Numbered from the stretch's first letter, positions 51,075 through 62,427 are shown. The stretch is 64,000 nucleotides of DNA from Candidatus Bathyarchaeota archaeon (GCA_963767735.1 CAVYES010000004.1:224001-288000), one strand, 5' to 3'. Notes: generated by a model from the letters alone, not told the origin. Numbers and translations: made by a program.

Positions 51075-52089
51075 ATGTTGCCAAACGAAAACGCCATTGA
51101 AACCATTAACCTAACAAAAACGTTCAAATCAAAAACTCAAGAGTCCAACGGATTCTTTAGGCGTAAAACAGTTTCCGTAAACGCGGTTGACAACCTAAAC
51201 CTGCAAATCAAGAAAGGCGAACTCTTTGGGCTTCTTGGTCCGAACGGAGCTGGAAAAACAACGCTGGTCAAAATGTTATGCACTCTTCTTCCGCCCGACA
51301 GTGGAACCGGCGTTAGTCAACGGTTACGACATAGTTAAGGAGCAAATGAAAGTTAAGCGGTCGCTTGGCACTCTTTTCAGCGTCGGAGAAAGAGGCTTTT
51401 TTTGGAGGCTGAACGGTTACCGAAACCTCGAGTTCTTTGCTTCAATTTATAATGTGCCCAGACAAAAACGGCACGAACGAATTTTGGAAGTCTTAAAACT
51501 TGTCGGTTTAGAAAACAATACTTTTCAGTTATACCAGAAGTATTCAGGCGGAATGAAAAGAAAACTCGCTCTTGCAAGAACGTTGCTTCCAGACCCGCCC
51601 ATAATTATGCTTGATGAACCTACGACCGGGTTAGACGCAATTTCCTCTCGCCACGTTCGTGACTTCGTTAAAAGCACAGTTAAGGAAACAGGCAAAACAG
51701 TGCTTTACACTACTCATTATATCGAGGAGGCAGCGCAAATCTGCACTAAAATCGGCATCCTCAAGCAGGGCAAAATAGTTGCCCTTGATACACCCGATGC
51801 CTTGCGGGCAAAAATCAAGAAGGACGAGTTAATTTACCTGACCTTTGAACAAGTAACGCAAGGTCAGATCGAAAAAATGCGTTCCCTATACGGCGTAATC
51901 GACGTAATAGAAGAAGCGGCGCCAAACCTAATGCCCGGCCAGCAAGCTTTGCGTGTTGAGTTGAAAAGCGTTGACCAGCTGCCGCTAATCTTCGATTTTA
52001 TTTTCGACCAAAAAATTAAGCTTATCAATTTTAAGCAAGAAGAACCCAGCTTGGAAGATGCGTTCATAGAGTTAACTAAGAGGGCATGA
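51075..52089 (+). CDS. ABC transporter ATP-binding protein (one extra base near 51309)
   Basis: GPNGAGKTT in the first ORF; YSGGMKR, MLDEPT and TTHY in the second; removing one G joins DSGT-ALVNG. Confidence 0.9.
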
Positions 52090-52093
52090 GAGC

Positions 52094-52891
52094 ATGGGTG
52101 TAGAGGCTGAGCTTGAGAAAATCTGGTATTTCATGAAGCGGGACATGGTTAGCTTCTCTACTTACAAAACGAACATTCTCATCCTGATTTTCACTGCAGT
52201 TTTCGGGGCCTTATCCTTCGCTTATCTTGGACAGAGCTCCGTTAATCAAACTGTAACTCAATTATACCATACGAGCTACACAACTTACCTACTTATCGGG
52301 TTAGCCTTCAACACTTACCTTGGACAAGCCTTGACACTGGTGCAAAAAACCATTAATCCTTGGGCGCTGGAAGAAGTTTTGGTTTCGCCAACTAGCTTAA
52401 CAACATTCATCATCGGTAGCTCAATTTGGGGCTTTGTCTGGAGCACAGGCGTCGTGGCAATTTACCTTCTTATCGGCGTGTACTTTTTCGGAGTAACCCT
52501 GAGCGTCAACATCGCAGGGGCACTGATTGTTCTAGCCTTAGGCATCGGCACATTCATCGGTATCAGTATGATTGGCTCAGGCATACTGATTCTAACCAAA
52601 CAAGGCGACCCAGTGACAGCGCTAATGACCATAGCAATAAGCCTGTTTGGAAACGTGCTTTTTCCCCCACAAGTCCTGCCGCCCTTCCTGCGAATAATCG
52701 CCTACATAACTCCACCATACTACTTCATGACCTGCATCAAGCAAATGCTTACGGGATCTACTATCGCCATGATTCTGCCTAACTTGGAGATTTTGGCTCT
52801 GATGTGCGCCATCATCGTGCCCTTAGGATACGTCATTTACGCCTGGTGCCTGAAAACGGCAAGGAAAAACGGAACCCTCTCATGGTTCTAA
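52094..52891 (+). CDS. ABC-2 type permease
   Basis: Six TM helices; LEEVLVSP, GNVLFPPQVLP; follows the ATPase gene. Confidence 0.9.
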   Translation: MGVEAELEKIWYFMKRDMVSFSTYKTNILILIFTAVFGALSFAYLGQSSVNQTVTQLYHTSYTTYLLIGLAFNTYLGQALTLVQKTINPWALEEVLVSPTSLTTFIIGSSIWGFVWSTGVVAIYLLIGVYFFGVTLSVNIAGALIVLALGIGTFIGISMIGSGILILTKQGDPVTALMTIAISLFGNVLFPPQVLPPFLRIIAYITPPYYFMTCIKQMLTGSTIAMILPNLEILALMCAIIVPLGYVIYAWCLKTARKNGTLSWF

Positions 52892-53061
52892 ATTTTTAAG
52901 GGGATCAATGAAAAATAACAGTTGCGATATTGAGCAAAGCGCATGATAATTTACCGCACCCGGAGTCTTTGCGTCCTATCATTGGTTCAAGCGGTATTGT
53001 TTTTTTATTACGCACAAATCGTTAATACTGAATTTAGTTTACCTGTAAGACGGGGTTAAGC

Positions 53062-53358
53062 ATGGCATCCAAACTAGAAATGTACGTTGATATTCTGAAC
53101 GTTTTAGAGCAAAGAGGCTCACTGAGGGTATCGCAAATTATGCATGAGGCAAACCTCAATTGCAACACTCTGAAAAGATGCTTGGATTTTCTGAGTAAAC
53201 AAGGACTGATTGAAGAGAGAATGATTGGAAAAAGCGGCGTCGTTTACGCTAATACTGCTCGCGGAGCAGCAGTGGTCAAATTCTTTATTGGATTAGATAG
53301 GACGCTTTCCGTTAAGGAAGAAGAAAGCAATATCTCGCCAGTTCCCTACAGAGACTGA
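53062..53358 (+). CDS. Small winged-helix regulator (paralogue)
   Basis: SKLEMYVDIL...IMHEANLN...LSKQGLIEE...TARG. Confidence 0.82.
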   Translation: MASKLEMYVDILNVLEQRGSLRVSQIMHEANLNCNTLKRCLDFLSKQGLIEERMIGKSGVVYANTARGAAVVKFFIGLDRTLSVKEEESNISPVPYRD

Positions 53359-53378
53359 GACTGCTATTCGTCACTCTG

Positions 53379-53672
53379 TTAGTCGATTCGGGTTATGTTG
53401 GTTCCATCAAATATTGAGTCGTTATCCTCACCATCATCATTTAATCCGAAATATTTACACAGCCTTTGTCCTCTGTCCGTGATAGAATACACTTTTTTGG
53501 TTCCAAGGGTTTTTTCAACAATCAAGTCCAACTTTACAAGAAAGTTAAGGTATTCTTTCGGCAAGGCTAAGTTGAAGTCACCTTTGCACACTATTTGTTT
53601 TAGCGTTATTGAATCCCAATTAGCTAAGACCTGGATGACGGCGAGGTACTTCTCCATTCTTGAAAGACCCAA
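53379..53672 (-). CDS. Small winged-helix regulator (diverged paralogue)
   Basis: SRMEKYLAVIQVL...YLNFLVKLDLI...YSITDRG. Confidence 0.75.
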   Translation of the reverse strand: MGLSRMEKYLAVIQVLANWDSITLKQIVCKGDFNLALPKEYLNFLVKLDLIVEKTLGTKKVYSITDRGQRLCKYFGLNDDGEDNDSIFDGTNITRID

Positions 53673-53865
53673 ATTGTTCGCCTTTCACACCAAAATTCAC
53701 CTTCACGATTATTAAGCCTTTCCTCTTGAGTCTGCTCTAATGCGAGAACGGCCGGAGGGGCACTTTCGTTTTACTGCGTTAAAAGGCCTGATTTATGTTG
53801 TTTTGATGGTGTATGTTGGTTTTTAGGTGTTGTTGTGTTTTGTTTGTTGGGTTTGGTGTTTTTGT

Positions 53866-55573
53866 TTATTTATTTTGTTTGGTTTGGAGGATTTTTTGGA
53901 GGTTAATTTCGAAGGCTGCTGTTGGGTTTTCAAGTTTCCATGCTTCGAGCACCAACGGGTTGACTTCTCCGACGATGCCGACTTCTGAGCCAGCAACGGT
54001 TATTTTGCCTGCTCTGCCTTCGATGAAGCTTGGATGAGTTGTTTCTTTTATTTGCCAATCAACCCCAAAATTGCTCATAAACGCATCTAAGGCGGATTTT
54101 ATTTCGCTGAAATTTGAGTTTGCGTGCGCTGTTGCGGCGCACAGCCATTCTTCATCCCGCGTTTTTGTTTCTTCTGCTTCGTCTGGGCGGGTTACTTTGC
54201 CGAGTTCGAATATTTTTTGTGGGAACTCTACGGATTGGTTGTTGCTGAGGAACTCCATGATACTTGGCAGCAGCCAGTTGCGCAGGCATGTCATGGTGGC
54301 GACTTTGGGGTCTGCAAGTTCCACATTGCGGGTTTTTTGTGTGTTCATTTTTTCGAAGAGACTTTCCTGATTAGTCAGCGTGTAGGTTAGGATTTCTTGG
54401 TAGCCTAACCCAACCATAAGTTCCCGTGCGATATCGATTAAATGCTGGTCTGGTTTTGGATGTCCGGTTGTGGATAGTTCGCGCCAAAGCGGCTCAATGT
54501 TGTTGTAGCCGTAGGCGATGGCGACGTCCTCAATTAGGTCAACTTGGTGCATTACGTCTACGCGGTAGCATGGAACAAGCACTTCCACGTTGTCTGCCTG
54601 CGTTTTCTGGATGCCTAAACCTGCTGTTAACAGAAGCTCAGAAATTCGGTGCGGCGAAAGCTTGAGCCCTAAAAGCTTATTCGTGTACTCAACACTCAAA
54701 GAGACGCACCTGAAGCTAAAATCAGGGGTCACGACCTCTTTGTCCGTGTACTCTGAGTTTTGTGGATAATGGATTGTCGCCGCGTAAGCTTTTCCGCCGC
54801 GGTCAATCAAAGCAGAAGTGACCAGGTTTAGGGTGTTTAGTACTGTTTTATGCATGGTGCCAGTGACTTCAACGAGGAGGTTGCGGGTTTCTTCGGTGAC
54901 TTTGCCCAGGTCGTTTGAGTTTATGATTGGCGGAAAAGACAAAGCGTTGCCTTTAGAGTCAAACAGCATTGGGTAGACCGAGTGTTTTTTGACGATGTCG
55001 CCGTACTCGATGCCTTTAGGATGACGCTCCAAAATTTCCGTTAAACTCATTTTTTCTGTAAAGCCCAACGGAACAAAGCTTACCTCGTTGGGTTTAGCAA
55101 CCGTGTACTCCAGCGGCGGAGTTATCAAGTCTATGTTGTACATGCCGATAGATGTTTTTTGCCTGCTTCTGCCGTATGTTTTGTCCAGTTTGTCTTGCAG
55201 GTGCATTAAGCCGCGGATTATTGGGTCAGTGAGGTGGATGTCTTTTACCACGGAGCAGGCGATGAATGGGCGGATGTTGTAGAGTTTTGCGTTTACGTTT
55301 ACTTCTATTGCTGGGTTGTCGGCTTCGTATTGCTTGAGCCCTTTTTGTTGGTTTAGGTAGCCGCGTAGTGCTCGTGCTTAAGCCTTCCACGCTCCAAAGG
55401 TCAGGGCGGTTGGTGTCTTTCATTTCTATGCTAACGAGGCCTTCGCGTTCGTTGTAGAGTTTGACTTCGCCTTTGATGTTGGCCAGGATTTCGTCCAGCT
55501 TTGCCATGTCACTCTGAAGGCTCATGTTAAGCAGGCGTTCAAGTTCATGGTAATCTATATCGATTGTGGGCAT
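53866..55573 (-). CDS. pheT: Phenylalanyl-tRNA synthetase beta subunit (one extra base near 55380, probably an assembly error)
   Basis: MPTID, DTNRPDLWSVEGL, SFPPIINS, RVDVMHQVDLIEDVAIAYGY; removing one A gives EGL-ARALRGY. Confidence 0.95.
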
Positions 55574-55574
55574 T

Positions 55575-57155
55575 TTATGTCACCTGTTTCTTTCTTAGCC
55601 AATCAAGGTCTTGGCTGAAAATCATCCGTATATCCTCGATGCCTGCGCGCATCATGAAGAGGCGGTCCACGCCAAGGCCCCATGCTATCACGGGTTCTTT
55701 TACGCCAAGCGGCAAGGTGACTTCTGGGCGGAAGATGCCTGAGCCGCCGAATTCTACCCAGCCGTAGCCTTCCTTGTAGGCGCTGAGTTCCACGCTGGGT
55801 TCTGTGAATGGGAAGTAGTCGGGTTTGAAGCATACTTTGTCTGCTCCAGCCATCTCCATGGCGAACTTGCCCAACACGCCTAAGAGGTCTTTGAGGGTTA
55901 GGTTTTCATCTATGATTATGCCTTCAACCTGGTTGAATTCTGAGAGGTGGGTTTTGTCGGTTATTTCGGGGCGATAAACGCGAGCGATGGAGAAGTGTTT
56001 GCTTGGAACACGGTAATTTTTGCTCTCCAACGTTCGGGCGCTGAGGCATGTGCCGTGACCACGCAGAATCAACCGCTGGGCTGCTAGTAATGAGTACTTG
56101 TATCCCCATCCTGTTGAGCCTGTATTCCCGCCGTTCTCATGCGTCTCAGAAACATGCTCCACCGCTTCGCCATGTTGGCCTATGTCGCCGTACTGAGGGT
56201 CTTTGACGTAGTAAATGTCGCTTGCTTCACGCGCTGGATGATCCTGCGGCACGTAGAGGGCGTCAAAGTTGAAGAAGCTGGTTTCGACGGCTGTACCAGT
56301 CATTTCTTGGAATCCTAACTGCACGAGTTTGGCTCGGACTTCATCGAGGAACTGCAGGTACGGGTGTTTTTTGCCTGGCCACACCTTAGCGACGGGAGCT
56401 TCTATGTTGTATTTTTGTAGTTTTGAGGTGTGCCATTTGCCTGTGATTATGTCTTGAGGCGTTAGTTGGGTAATAATAACTTCTGGAACTCTAACTGATA
56501 CACTGTAAAGACCTTCAGCCGATCCAGCTTTTACCAAAACTTGTTTGCCTTCTGGCGTGATTTGGAGTGTGCGGGTGGTTTTGGGCTCGATGGTTAAGAG
56601 CGTGCGTTTCTTTAGCTGTTCGGCTGCCATTTTTAGTTCTGGGCTTAGGTCTTCGAGTGCTGCTTGGTGTTTGTCGTTTAGGTAGTTTAGGAGGGTTTCG
56701 TCGCATCCTTCCTCAATGAAGGCTTGATGCAGCAGCGTCTCAACTATGCGTATCGTGTTGTCGCTCGACATGTAGAGTGCCCATTTTTTTCTTATTGTCC
56801 AGCCAAGCGCAATCTGCATGAACTGCGGTTCAATTCTCGCTTGCTGAGCCGCCACTTTGAAGTCTGCCGATCCGCCAAGCTGTGCCACGGCATGGATGAG
56901 TTTACGTTCGGGCAAGCCTTTTTTCGCGTATGCTTCTCCTTCACCCGTTAGTTTGATGACGTTTTGGTATTCGGCATGTATGGTGATTAGGTTTTTTTCT
57001 TGAAGAGTTAGTCCAGTACGCATAACTGCAGTATCTGGGAAACCGCAAGCATCAATCAGCTGTTCCACTGAGGCTTTTCCGCCAAGAGATTCTATTGCAC
57101 AGAGTAATTGTTGTTCTTGCGTTCTGAGCTCAACCATAAAGCTTTCCTTCGTCAA
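55575..57155 (-). CDS. pheS: Phenylalanyl-tRNA synthetase alpha subunit
   Basis: NFDALYVPQDHPARE, HLSEFNQVEG, YFPFTEPS, GSGIFRPE. Confidence 0.97.
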   Translation of the reverse strand: MTKESFMVELRTQEQQLLCAIESLGGKASVEQLIDACGFPDTAVMRTGLTLQEKNLITIHAEYQNVIKLTGEGEAYAKKGLPERKLIHAVAQLGGSADFKVAAQQARIEPQFMQIALGWTIRKKWALYMSSDNTIRIVETLLHQAFIEEGCDETLLNYLNDKHQAALEDLSPELKMAAEQLKKRTLLTIEPKTTRTLQITPEGKQVLVKAGSAEGLYSVSVRVPEVIITQLTPQDIITGKWHTSKLQKYNIEAPVAKVWPGKKHPYLQFLDEVRAKLVQLGFQEMTGTAVETSFFNFDALYVPQDHPAREASDIYYVKDPQYGDIGQHGEAVEHVSETHENGGNTGSTGWGYKYSLLAAQRLILRGHGTCLSARTLESKNYRVPSKHFSIARVYRPEITDKTHLSEFNQVEGIIIDENLTLKDLLGVLGKFAMEMAGADKVCFKPDYFPFTEPSVELSAYKEGYGWVEFGGSGIFRPEVTLPLGVKEPVIAWGLGVDRLFMMRAGIEDIRMIFSQDLDWLRKKQVT

Positions 57156-57307
57156 AGTAAGTTTTGTTTATGGATAGTTCTTGCTCACAAATAAAAGCCT
57201 GCTGATTAGCTCAGGGGTCCGATGCTGGTGTGTTTGTGAAAAAAATAAACTTGGTAATTTAGCTCTTGGCTTTTATCTTAGGTATTTGCATGTGCTAGTG
57301 GTAGTTG

Positions 57308-57490
57308 CTACTCGTGTCCTTTTGTTTCATGGTGCGTTGTATCTCTGTGTCTCTCCATTTCCGAGTGACTCTTGAAGGTTTTGCCGCAATCTGGACAAGG
57401 AACTTGGCTTGGTTGTACTCCACCCACTGGCGTCTCTTGAGATGACGGGGCTCCCAACGTATGAGGCTGATGAGGTTTCTTTTTGCTCAT
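57308..57490 (-). CDS. Small C2H2 zinc-finger protein
   Basis: CPDCGKTFKSHSEMERHRDTTH. Confidence 0.75.
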   Translation of the reverse strand: MSKKKPHQPHTLGAPSSQETPVGGVQPSQVPCPDCGKTFKSHSEMERHRDTTHHETKGHE

Positions 57491-57636
57491 GACTTACACC
57501 TAAACACCCTATAAGCGGATTCAAGCTTTCTTAAACATATGTGGCTGTAACGAGACAGCAACAAATTCACAGGCACTCCGCCAGTTTTCATTGGCGTTAC
57601 CAAGAGTGAGGATAAAGCTTGAAAAATCAAGCTGTT

Positions 57637-57804
57637 TTAGGCTTTTCTTTTTGAGGCGCTTTTCTTAATCATAGGTTTGTCACAGCACATTAGTGGACCG
57701 CAGTTTGAACAGGACTCGCCAGTGCAGGCTTTGTTAAGTGTAATCTCCATGCCGCATGAAGGGTCAGCACAAACATAAACTTCACCCATTTTATAATCAA
57801 CCAT
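57637..57804 (-). CDS. 55-aa Cys-rich desulforedoxin/metallothionein-like protein (not in the ORF track)
   Basis: MVDYKMGEVYVCADPSCGMEITLNKACTGESCSNCGPLMCCDKPM; GGAGGTGA RBS. Confidence 0.75.
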   Translation of the reverse strand: MVDYKMGEVYVCADPSCGMEITLNKACTGESCSNCGPLMCCDKPMIKKSASKRKA

Positions 57805-58144
57805 CATCATTCACCTCCACCGCAAACATAAAACAAAACCCTAACCTACGACCACATTAAAGCAAATCAGGTCCGGTTTATATTGATTTGTGACTGCCAA
57901 ATACCAGCAACTTTAGCGCAGCATGCTGAGAGTGAAAAGTGGTTGGGGCGTCCGGAACCTTCAGGAATAGAGAGCGAGAAGAACTCCAGACGTTTAACCC
58001 ATAACTAGCTTAGCTATCAATAGAGTTAGCATTAAAACGTTTGTATATACAGTACGCCCTTGCGCAGAACAGAAAATACTTTGCCAACCGCGCGGATAGG
58101 GCATATGCTGGATTGGTAGCTTGCAATCTTGATTTTCGGCTACT

Positions 58145-58321
58145 TCAGGTCTGTGCTGCTGCTACTTTACGAAGCTCGATTCTTTCTATATCCAAGCACT
58201 CATCGCAAAGATCCGAACTCGGTCTCCAAGAACGTCTTTGCATAACAACCCGTGGGTACTGTTTGCAGCTTGTGTACCAATGCCACCTGTCAGGCTCAGG
58301 ACCCTTAACATACTCGACCAT
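58145..58321 (-). CDS. 58-aa putative metal-binding microprotein (not in the ORF track)
   Basis: MVEYVKGPEPDRWHWYTSCKQYP...DLCDECLD; AGGCGA upstream. Confidence 0.6.
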   Translation of the reverse strand: MVEYVKGPEPDRWHWYTSCKQYPRVVMQRRSWRPSSDLCDECLDIERIELRKVAAAQT

Positions 58322-58423
58322 TCCAATCGCCTAAATAATACTATAACGGAACAAATATTTCTAATTTGCGTACCAGAGCTTAAACTAGATTCTCAAAAAG
58401 CAGCGGCAATTATGAATTTTGTA

Positions 58424-59263
58424 TCAATTTATCGCTTGCTTTCGCGGTTTCTTCCTTAAGGTGGCGTAAACTACGGTCGCTATAACTGCGGCTGCAATGG
58501 AAACAGCTATGGCTTCGGCAATTGGTACATAATCGCTGGGCGTCGCGGAGTTGTTGGGATCACCAGGCACTGTTGCGAAGTTGGGGTAGCCACGGCTTTC
58601 CCAATATCCAAGGTAGCTTGAATCGTTTGACACGTTGATTTCCGTTACCCATTTAATCCATTTGTACCCATATTGGCTTTGAGCTACAAGCGCCAGGGGA
58701 AATCCTGCAGCGGCAGGAAGGGTGACGTTGTTTACTTTGTAAGCTAAAATTAGGTTGTTTTGCACGACGTAGCTCAAAGGAAGAGCTGTGGTGTAACCGT
58801 CGGAGCCGGTGAAGATGAGGGTTGTCGCCTTTGTGCTGGCGCCTGCTTCTTGTATGAGGTCGCTTATGGGTACACCTTGCCACAGCATTGTTACGCTCCA
58901 GCCCTCCACGCATAAAAGCTTGCCTAATTGATGGGATGAGGTGAAGTTATTGACCAAATCATCATACGTGAACTCCGCGGTTCGGTTTACTAGGCCAGTT
59001 ACGGTTAGACGATAAGTTGTCTGGTTAATGTACTGCGTTCCATCAATAGCGACATCAGGGTGTTCATCGATGTCTAAGAGGAAATTATTAACTGATGTTA
59101 AGTTTTGACCCTGATACTGCGTAACTTCTCCCGGGTAAAGATAAGATGAGGGTGTCGAGGGAGGTTTGGAAACATTCTGAACAATAATCAACGCCACAAT
59201 CAGTATAACGACTAAAAGTAACGTTATAAAAATTGGTTTTCTGTAGTCTCTGATAATTTGCAT
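58424..59263 (-). CDS. Membrane-anchored molybdopterin oxidoreductase (sulfite oxidase/MsrP-like domain)
   Basis: YRLTVTGLV, LLCVEGWS..WQGV, GFPLALV, YGYKWIKWV, GYWESRGY. Confidence 0.9.
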   Translation of the reverse strand: MQIIRDYRKPIFITLLLVVILIVALIIVQNVSKPPSTPSSYLYPGEVTQYQGQNLTSVNNFLLDIDEHPDVAIDGTQYINQTTYRLTVTGLVNRTAEFTYDDLVNNFTSSHQLGKLLCVEGWSVTMLWQGVPISDLIQEAGASTKATTLIFTGSDGYTTALPLSYVVQNNLILAYKVNNVTLPAAAGFPLALVAQSQYGYKWIKWVTEINVSNDSSYLGYWESRGYPNFATVPGDPNNSATPSDYVPIAEAIAVSIAAAVIATVVYATLRKKPRKQAIN

Positions 59264-59341
59264 TTAAACTAATACAATGATGTTTAATCTATATATTTAT
59301 GTCGCGGCTGAGTGAGCTCTGTCATTAGTAACACTTAAGCG

Positions 59342-59446
59342 CTATTTTGCTTTGCCCGCTTTCTTTGCGCAGGCATCGCTGCAATACTTCGATTTAGCAT
59401 TAAACGTAGTATAGGTTTTTTTGCAAACTGGGCATTTCTTATCCAT
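59342..59446 (-). CDS. 34-aa zinc-finger microprotein (not in the ORF track)
   Basis: MDKKCPVCKKTYTTFNAKSKYCSDACAKKAGKAK; GAGGCGA upstream. Confidence 0.65.
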   Translation of the reverse strand: MDKKCPVCKKTYTTFNAKSKYCSDACAKKAGKAK

Positions 59447-60203
59447 CCAAATCGCCTCTTAATTATTTAATACGTGTTCTTATGACCTAAAAGCTTTCTC
59501 CTAAAAAGTGGATAATTTTGACTTCCACCCTGAACTGATAAATCTAAAAACTATAAAAAAATGTGGGGAAAAAACTAAATCTCGTTAGCGAAATATTTCC
59601 TCGGTTTCTGAGTAAACTCTCAGTTAAGATAACTTCAAATCTTCTTTGGGAAAAAATTTAAAACTCTATTCTATATATTGCTCTCTATAGACTCATTATT
59701 AGGTATGCATGTTATCTGAAATTAAAGTTCTCTGAGGAGCGAAGAAAAAATAAAACCGCTAAAACAAAAAACTAAAGACCTTCTAACCGTCATAGGAATC
59801 TTAACTTTAGAATCACTATTTATTTTTGGCTCAATAAGCAATTTTTACAGGTACCTATTTTTACAAATATACCTCGACATTTATCTCGCTGTTTTCTCGA
59901 CCATTGGAGCCGCAATTTTATTTGTATTCATAATAGCGATTCTCGTAAGCTATCTGGATAAAAGAAAAGTGTTAAAGAGCTTTCAAAAACCAGCAAGAAA
60001 ACCTTGAAACTAATCAGTTTCTTATTGCAAGCATTTCACTTTGAAATAGTGTTATCGCTCATGCGAAATAACGCCGTATGTTTTGATGCTTTTATAAATG
60101 TAACAGTTTGCATGTGCCTTTTCGAAAATTTCTTAATTGCTTCGTTTTGTTTATATATTGGTTCTTTGACTATGGATGTGCAAAAAGAAGGTATATCTTA
60201 AGT

Positions 60204-60644
60204 ATGGGTTCCAAGTCTCCAAGAGGCGAATTTGCCGCAAGGCAACTGGCGAAGAAACGGAAGAATTTCCGTTGGTCTGATCGTTACTTTAACAGGCGTA
60301 TGCTTAGGCTAGATGAGAAAGTTGACCCGATGCAGGGTGCACCCCAATCTCGGGGTATCGTTCTAGAAAAAGTAGGTGTTGAATCGAAACAGCCAAACAG
60401 CGCCATCCGCAAATGCGTCCGCACACAACTCATCAAGAACGGCAGAGTCATCACCGCTTTCCTACCCGGAGACGGCGCACTCAATGTTGTTGACGAACAC
60501 GACGAGGTTGTTGTGGAGGGCATCGGCGGTACAAGAGGCGGCGCAATGGGAGACATCCCTGGAGTCCGCTGGAAAGTCGTAATGATAAACGGCGTTTCAC
60601 TAAACGAGCTCGTCTACGGACGCAAACAGAAACCAGCAAGGTAA
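60204..60644 (+). CDS. rps12: 30S ribosomal protein S12 (archaeal)
   Basis: [35 protein letters not shown]; true start MGSKSPRG. Confidence 0.98.
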   Translation: MGSKSPRGEFAARQLAKKRKNFRWSDRYFNRRMLRLDEKVDPMQGAPQSRGIVLEKVGVESKQPNSAIRKCVRTQLIKNGRVITAFLPGDGALNVVDEHDEVVVEGIGGTRGGAMGDIPGVRWKVVMINGVSLNELVYGRKQKPAR

Positions 60645-60649
60645 TCGTC

Positions 60650-61240
60650 ATGAGCACACAAACAATAGCGCAACCTCAAGACATCAAGCTTTTCCAAAAA
60701 TGGACATTCAAAGACATATCCGTCGTAGACATCGGGCTGCAACGCTACCTCAATCTTACCCCGATGGTTGCACCTCACAGCATGGGACGCCACGAGCACC
60801 AACGTTTCCGCAAAGCCAAACTCAACGTCGTAGAACGCTTAATCAACAGCCTCATGCGCGGCGGCAAAAACGCTGGTAAAAAAGCCAAAACAACCAACAT
60901 CGTTAAAGAAGCATTCGAAATAATTAACTTGCGTACGGGCAAAAACCCCATAGAGATCCTCGTTAAAGCCGTTGAAAACGCTTCTCCATGCGAAGACACA
61001 ACAAGGGTCAGCTATGGAGGAGTCGTTTATCACCTATCCGTTGACGTTGCCCCGCAACGCAGAATCGACCTCGCCATACGCCACATAAGCGAAGGCGCAC
61101 GAGCAGCAAGCATCAACAACCCCCGCAGCATCCAAGAAACACTCGCAGACGAACTGGTACTGGCAGCGGCAAAAGACATAAAAAGTGCAGCCATCGCCAA
61201 ACGCAACGAAATCGAACGCGTCGCACAATCAAGCAGATAA
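60650..61240 (+). CDS. rps7: 30S ribosomal protein S7 (archaeal)
   Basis: KLFQKW, VERLINSLM, VDVAPQRRID, ERVAQSSR. Confidence 0.98.
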   Translation: MSTQTIAQPQDIKLFQKWTFKDISVVDIGLQRYLNLTPMVAPHSMGRHEHQRFRKAKLNVVERLINSLMRGGKNAGKKAKTTNIVKEAFEIINLRTGKNPIEILVKAVENASPCEDTTRVSYGGVVYHLSVDVAPQRRIDLAIRHISEGARAASINNPRSIQETLADELVLAAAKDIKSAAIAKRNEIERVAQSSR

Positions 61241-61452
61241 ACAATTTTCCTTTTCTTTATTTATCTCCAATTCAGCAAGGTTTAGAATGCAATATTTCTT
61301 AAATTCTCAATGCGGAAATCAGTTTTAAGCCATTTTTTGCTATTCAGCAAACAAAGAGCGGGATATTTGGGCTTAAATTTGAACAAACTTTAATAACTAT
61401 TTTGTACCGATACACTTCTTCATTAGAATCCACTGTTTGAAGTGAGGACAAT

Positions 61453-62427
61453 TTGAAAAAAATATTACCCGCAATTATTGTTGTAGTTTTACTGTTAGCT
61501 ATGTTTACTGTATTGGCCTCGCCGCGTGTGAGAGCGCAAACTTCACAAGCTAAAGTTCTCGATTACTATTGGTACACAGCTCCAGCAGACACGAGCCTGG
61601 CAGGATATATTGGTGATTTGATCGCTGTCGGCGAGGTACAAAATGTCGGTACATCCGTCATATCATACGTGGAACTTACAGGCGTCGCTATAAATTCTAC
61701 AGGAGAAGTATTGAATTCCAACGAAGCCCAAGCCTCCGGATTTAACCTGCTTCCAGGGCAGAAAGCTCCCTTCTACATAGATTTCAACCCTGCAAACAGC
61801 ATCACTGGAGATCAAACCTACATCACATCGGTGAGCAAAGTTAACGTTGGAGTAACGTATATCAGCGAAACTAATTCGACCCCATACCAAGGCTTAACAA
61901 TTCCAACAGCGACAACAACTGCAAGTGACGTCGCTGGAGCCTTCACTGTTACAGGAACCGTTCAGAATGCTGGCACCCAAACGGTTGGTAGCGTTTTGGT
62001 TGTCACGACGTTTTATAACGCTTCTGGGAACATTGTCTCTTTCAACTTCACAAATTATTTAACCACAAACTCTGGCAGCAGCAATTTTGCACCAGGCGAT
62101 TCCTCAACGTTCACGGCAACGCCCATGGACAATTCACCAACACTATCAAGTGAAATAGCAAACTACACTTTCCTGCTCCAGTCTCAGCCAGCATCAACTT
62201 CACCCACATCTACACCGTCGTCTTCGACTACCCCAACACCTTCGGGAGCCACCACAGCGCCTACACAAACTTCAACCCAGCTATCTTCCGCAGTCACTTA
62301 TGGCGCAGTAGCCGCCGTCGTGATAATAGTAGTCGTTCTTATCGCATTATTGTTCCTTAGGAACCGCAAAAAAACTGAGCAGTCAGAGCCACCGCCACCT
62401 CCACCACCGCCTCCACCTCCAACATAA
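61453..62427 (+). CDS. Secreted FxLYD-like domain protein with TM anchor and poly-Pro tail
   Basis: Signal peptide; two GxVQNxG...FYN repeats; S/T linker; C-terminal TM; PPPPPPPPPP. Confidence 0.8.
   Translation: MKKILPAIIVVVLLLAMFTVLASPRVRAQTSQAKVLDYYWYTAPADTSLAGYIGDLIAVGEVQNVGTSVISYVELTGVAINSTGEVLNSNEAQASGFNLLPGQKAPFYIDFNPANSITGDQTYITSVSKVNVGVTYISETNSTPYQGLTIPTATTTASDVAGAFTVTGTVQNAGTQTVGSVLVVTTFYNASGNIVSFNFTNYLTTNSGSSNFAPGDSSTFTATPMDNSPTLSSEIANYTFLLQSQPASTSPTSTPSSSTTPTPSGATTAPTQTSTQLSSAVTYGAVAAVVIIVVVLIALLFLRNRKKTEQSEPPPPPPPPPPPT

Noticed and set aside
53795-53880. G/T-rich low-complexity tract
   Set aside because: Compositional skew near a gene end with no defined repeat unit
60204-61240. 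rps12-rps7 not followed by EF-2
   Set aside because: Splitting of this operon is common in TACK archaea
62390-62424. CCA/CCG/CCT repeat tract
   Set aside because: It encodes a poly-Pro tail with mixed codons, not a DNA-level repeat element
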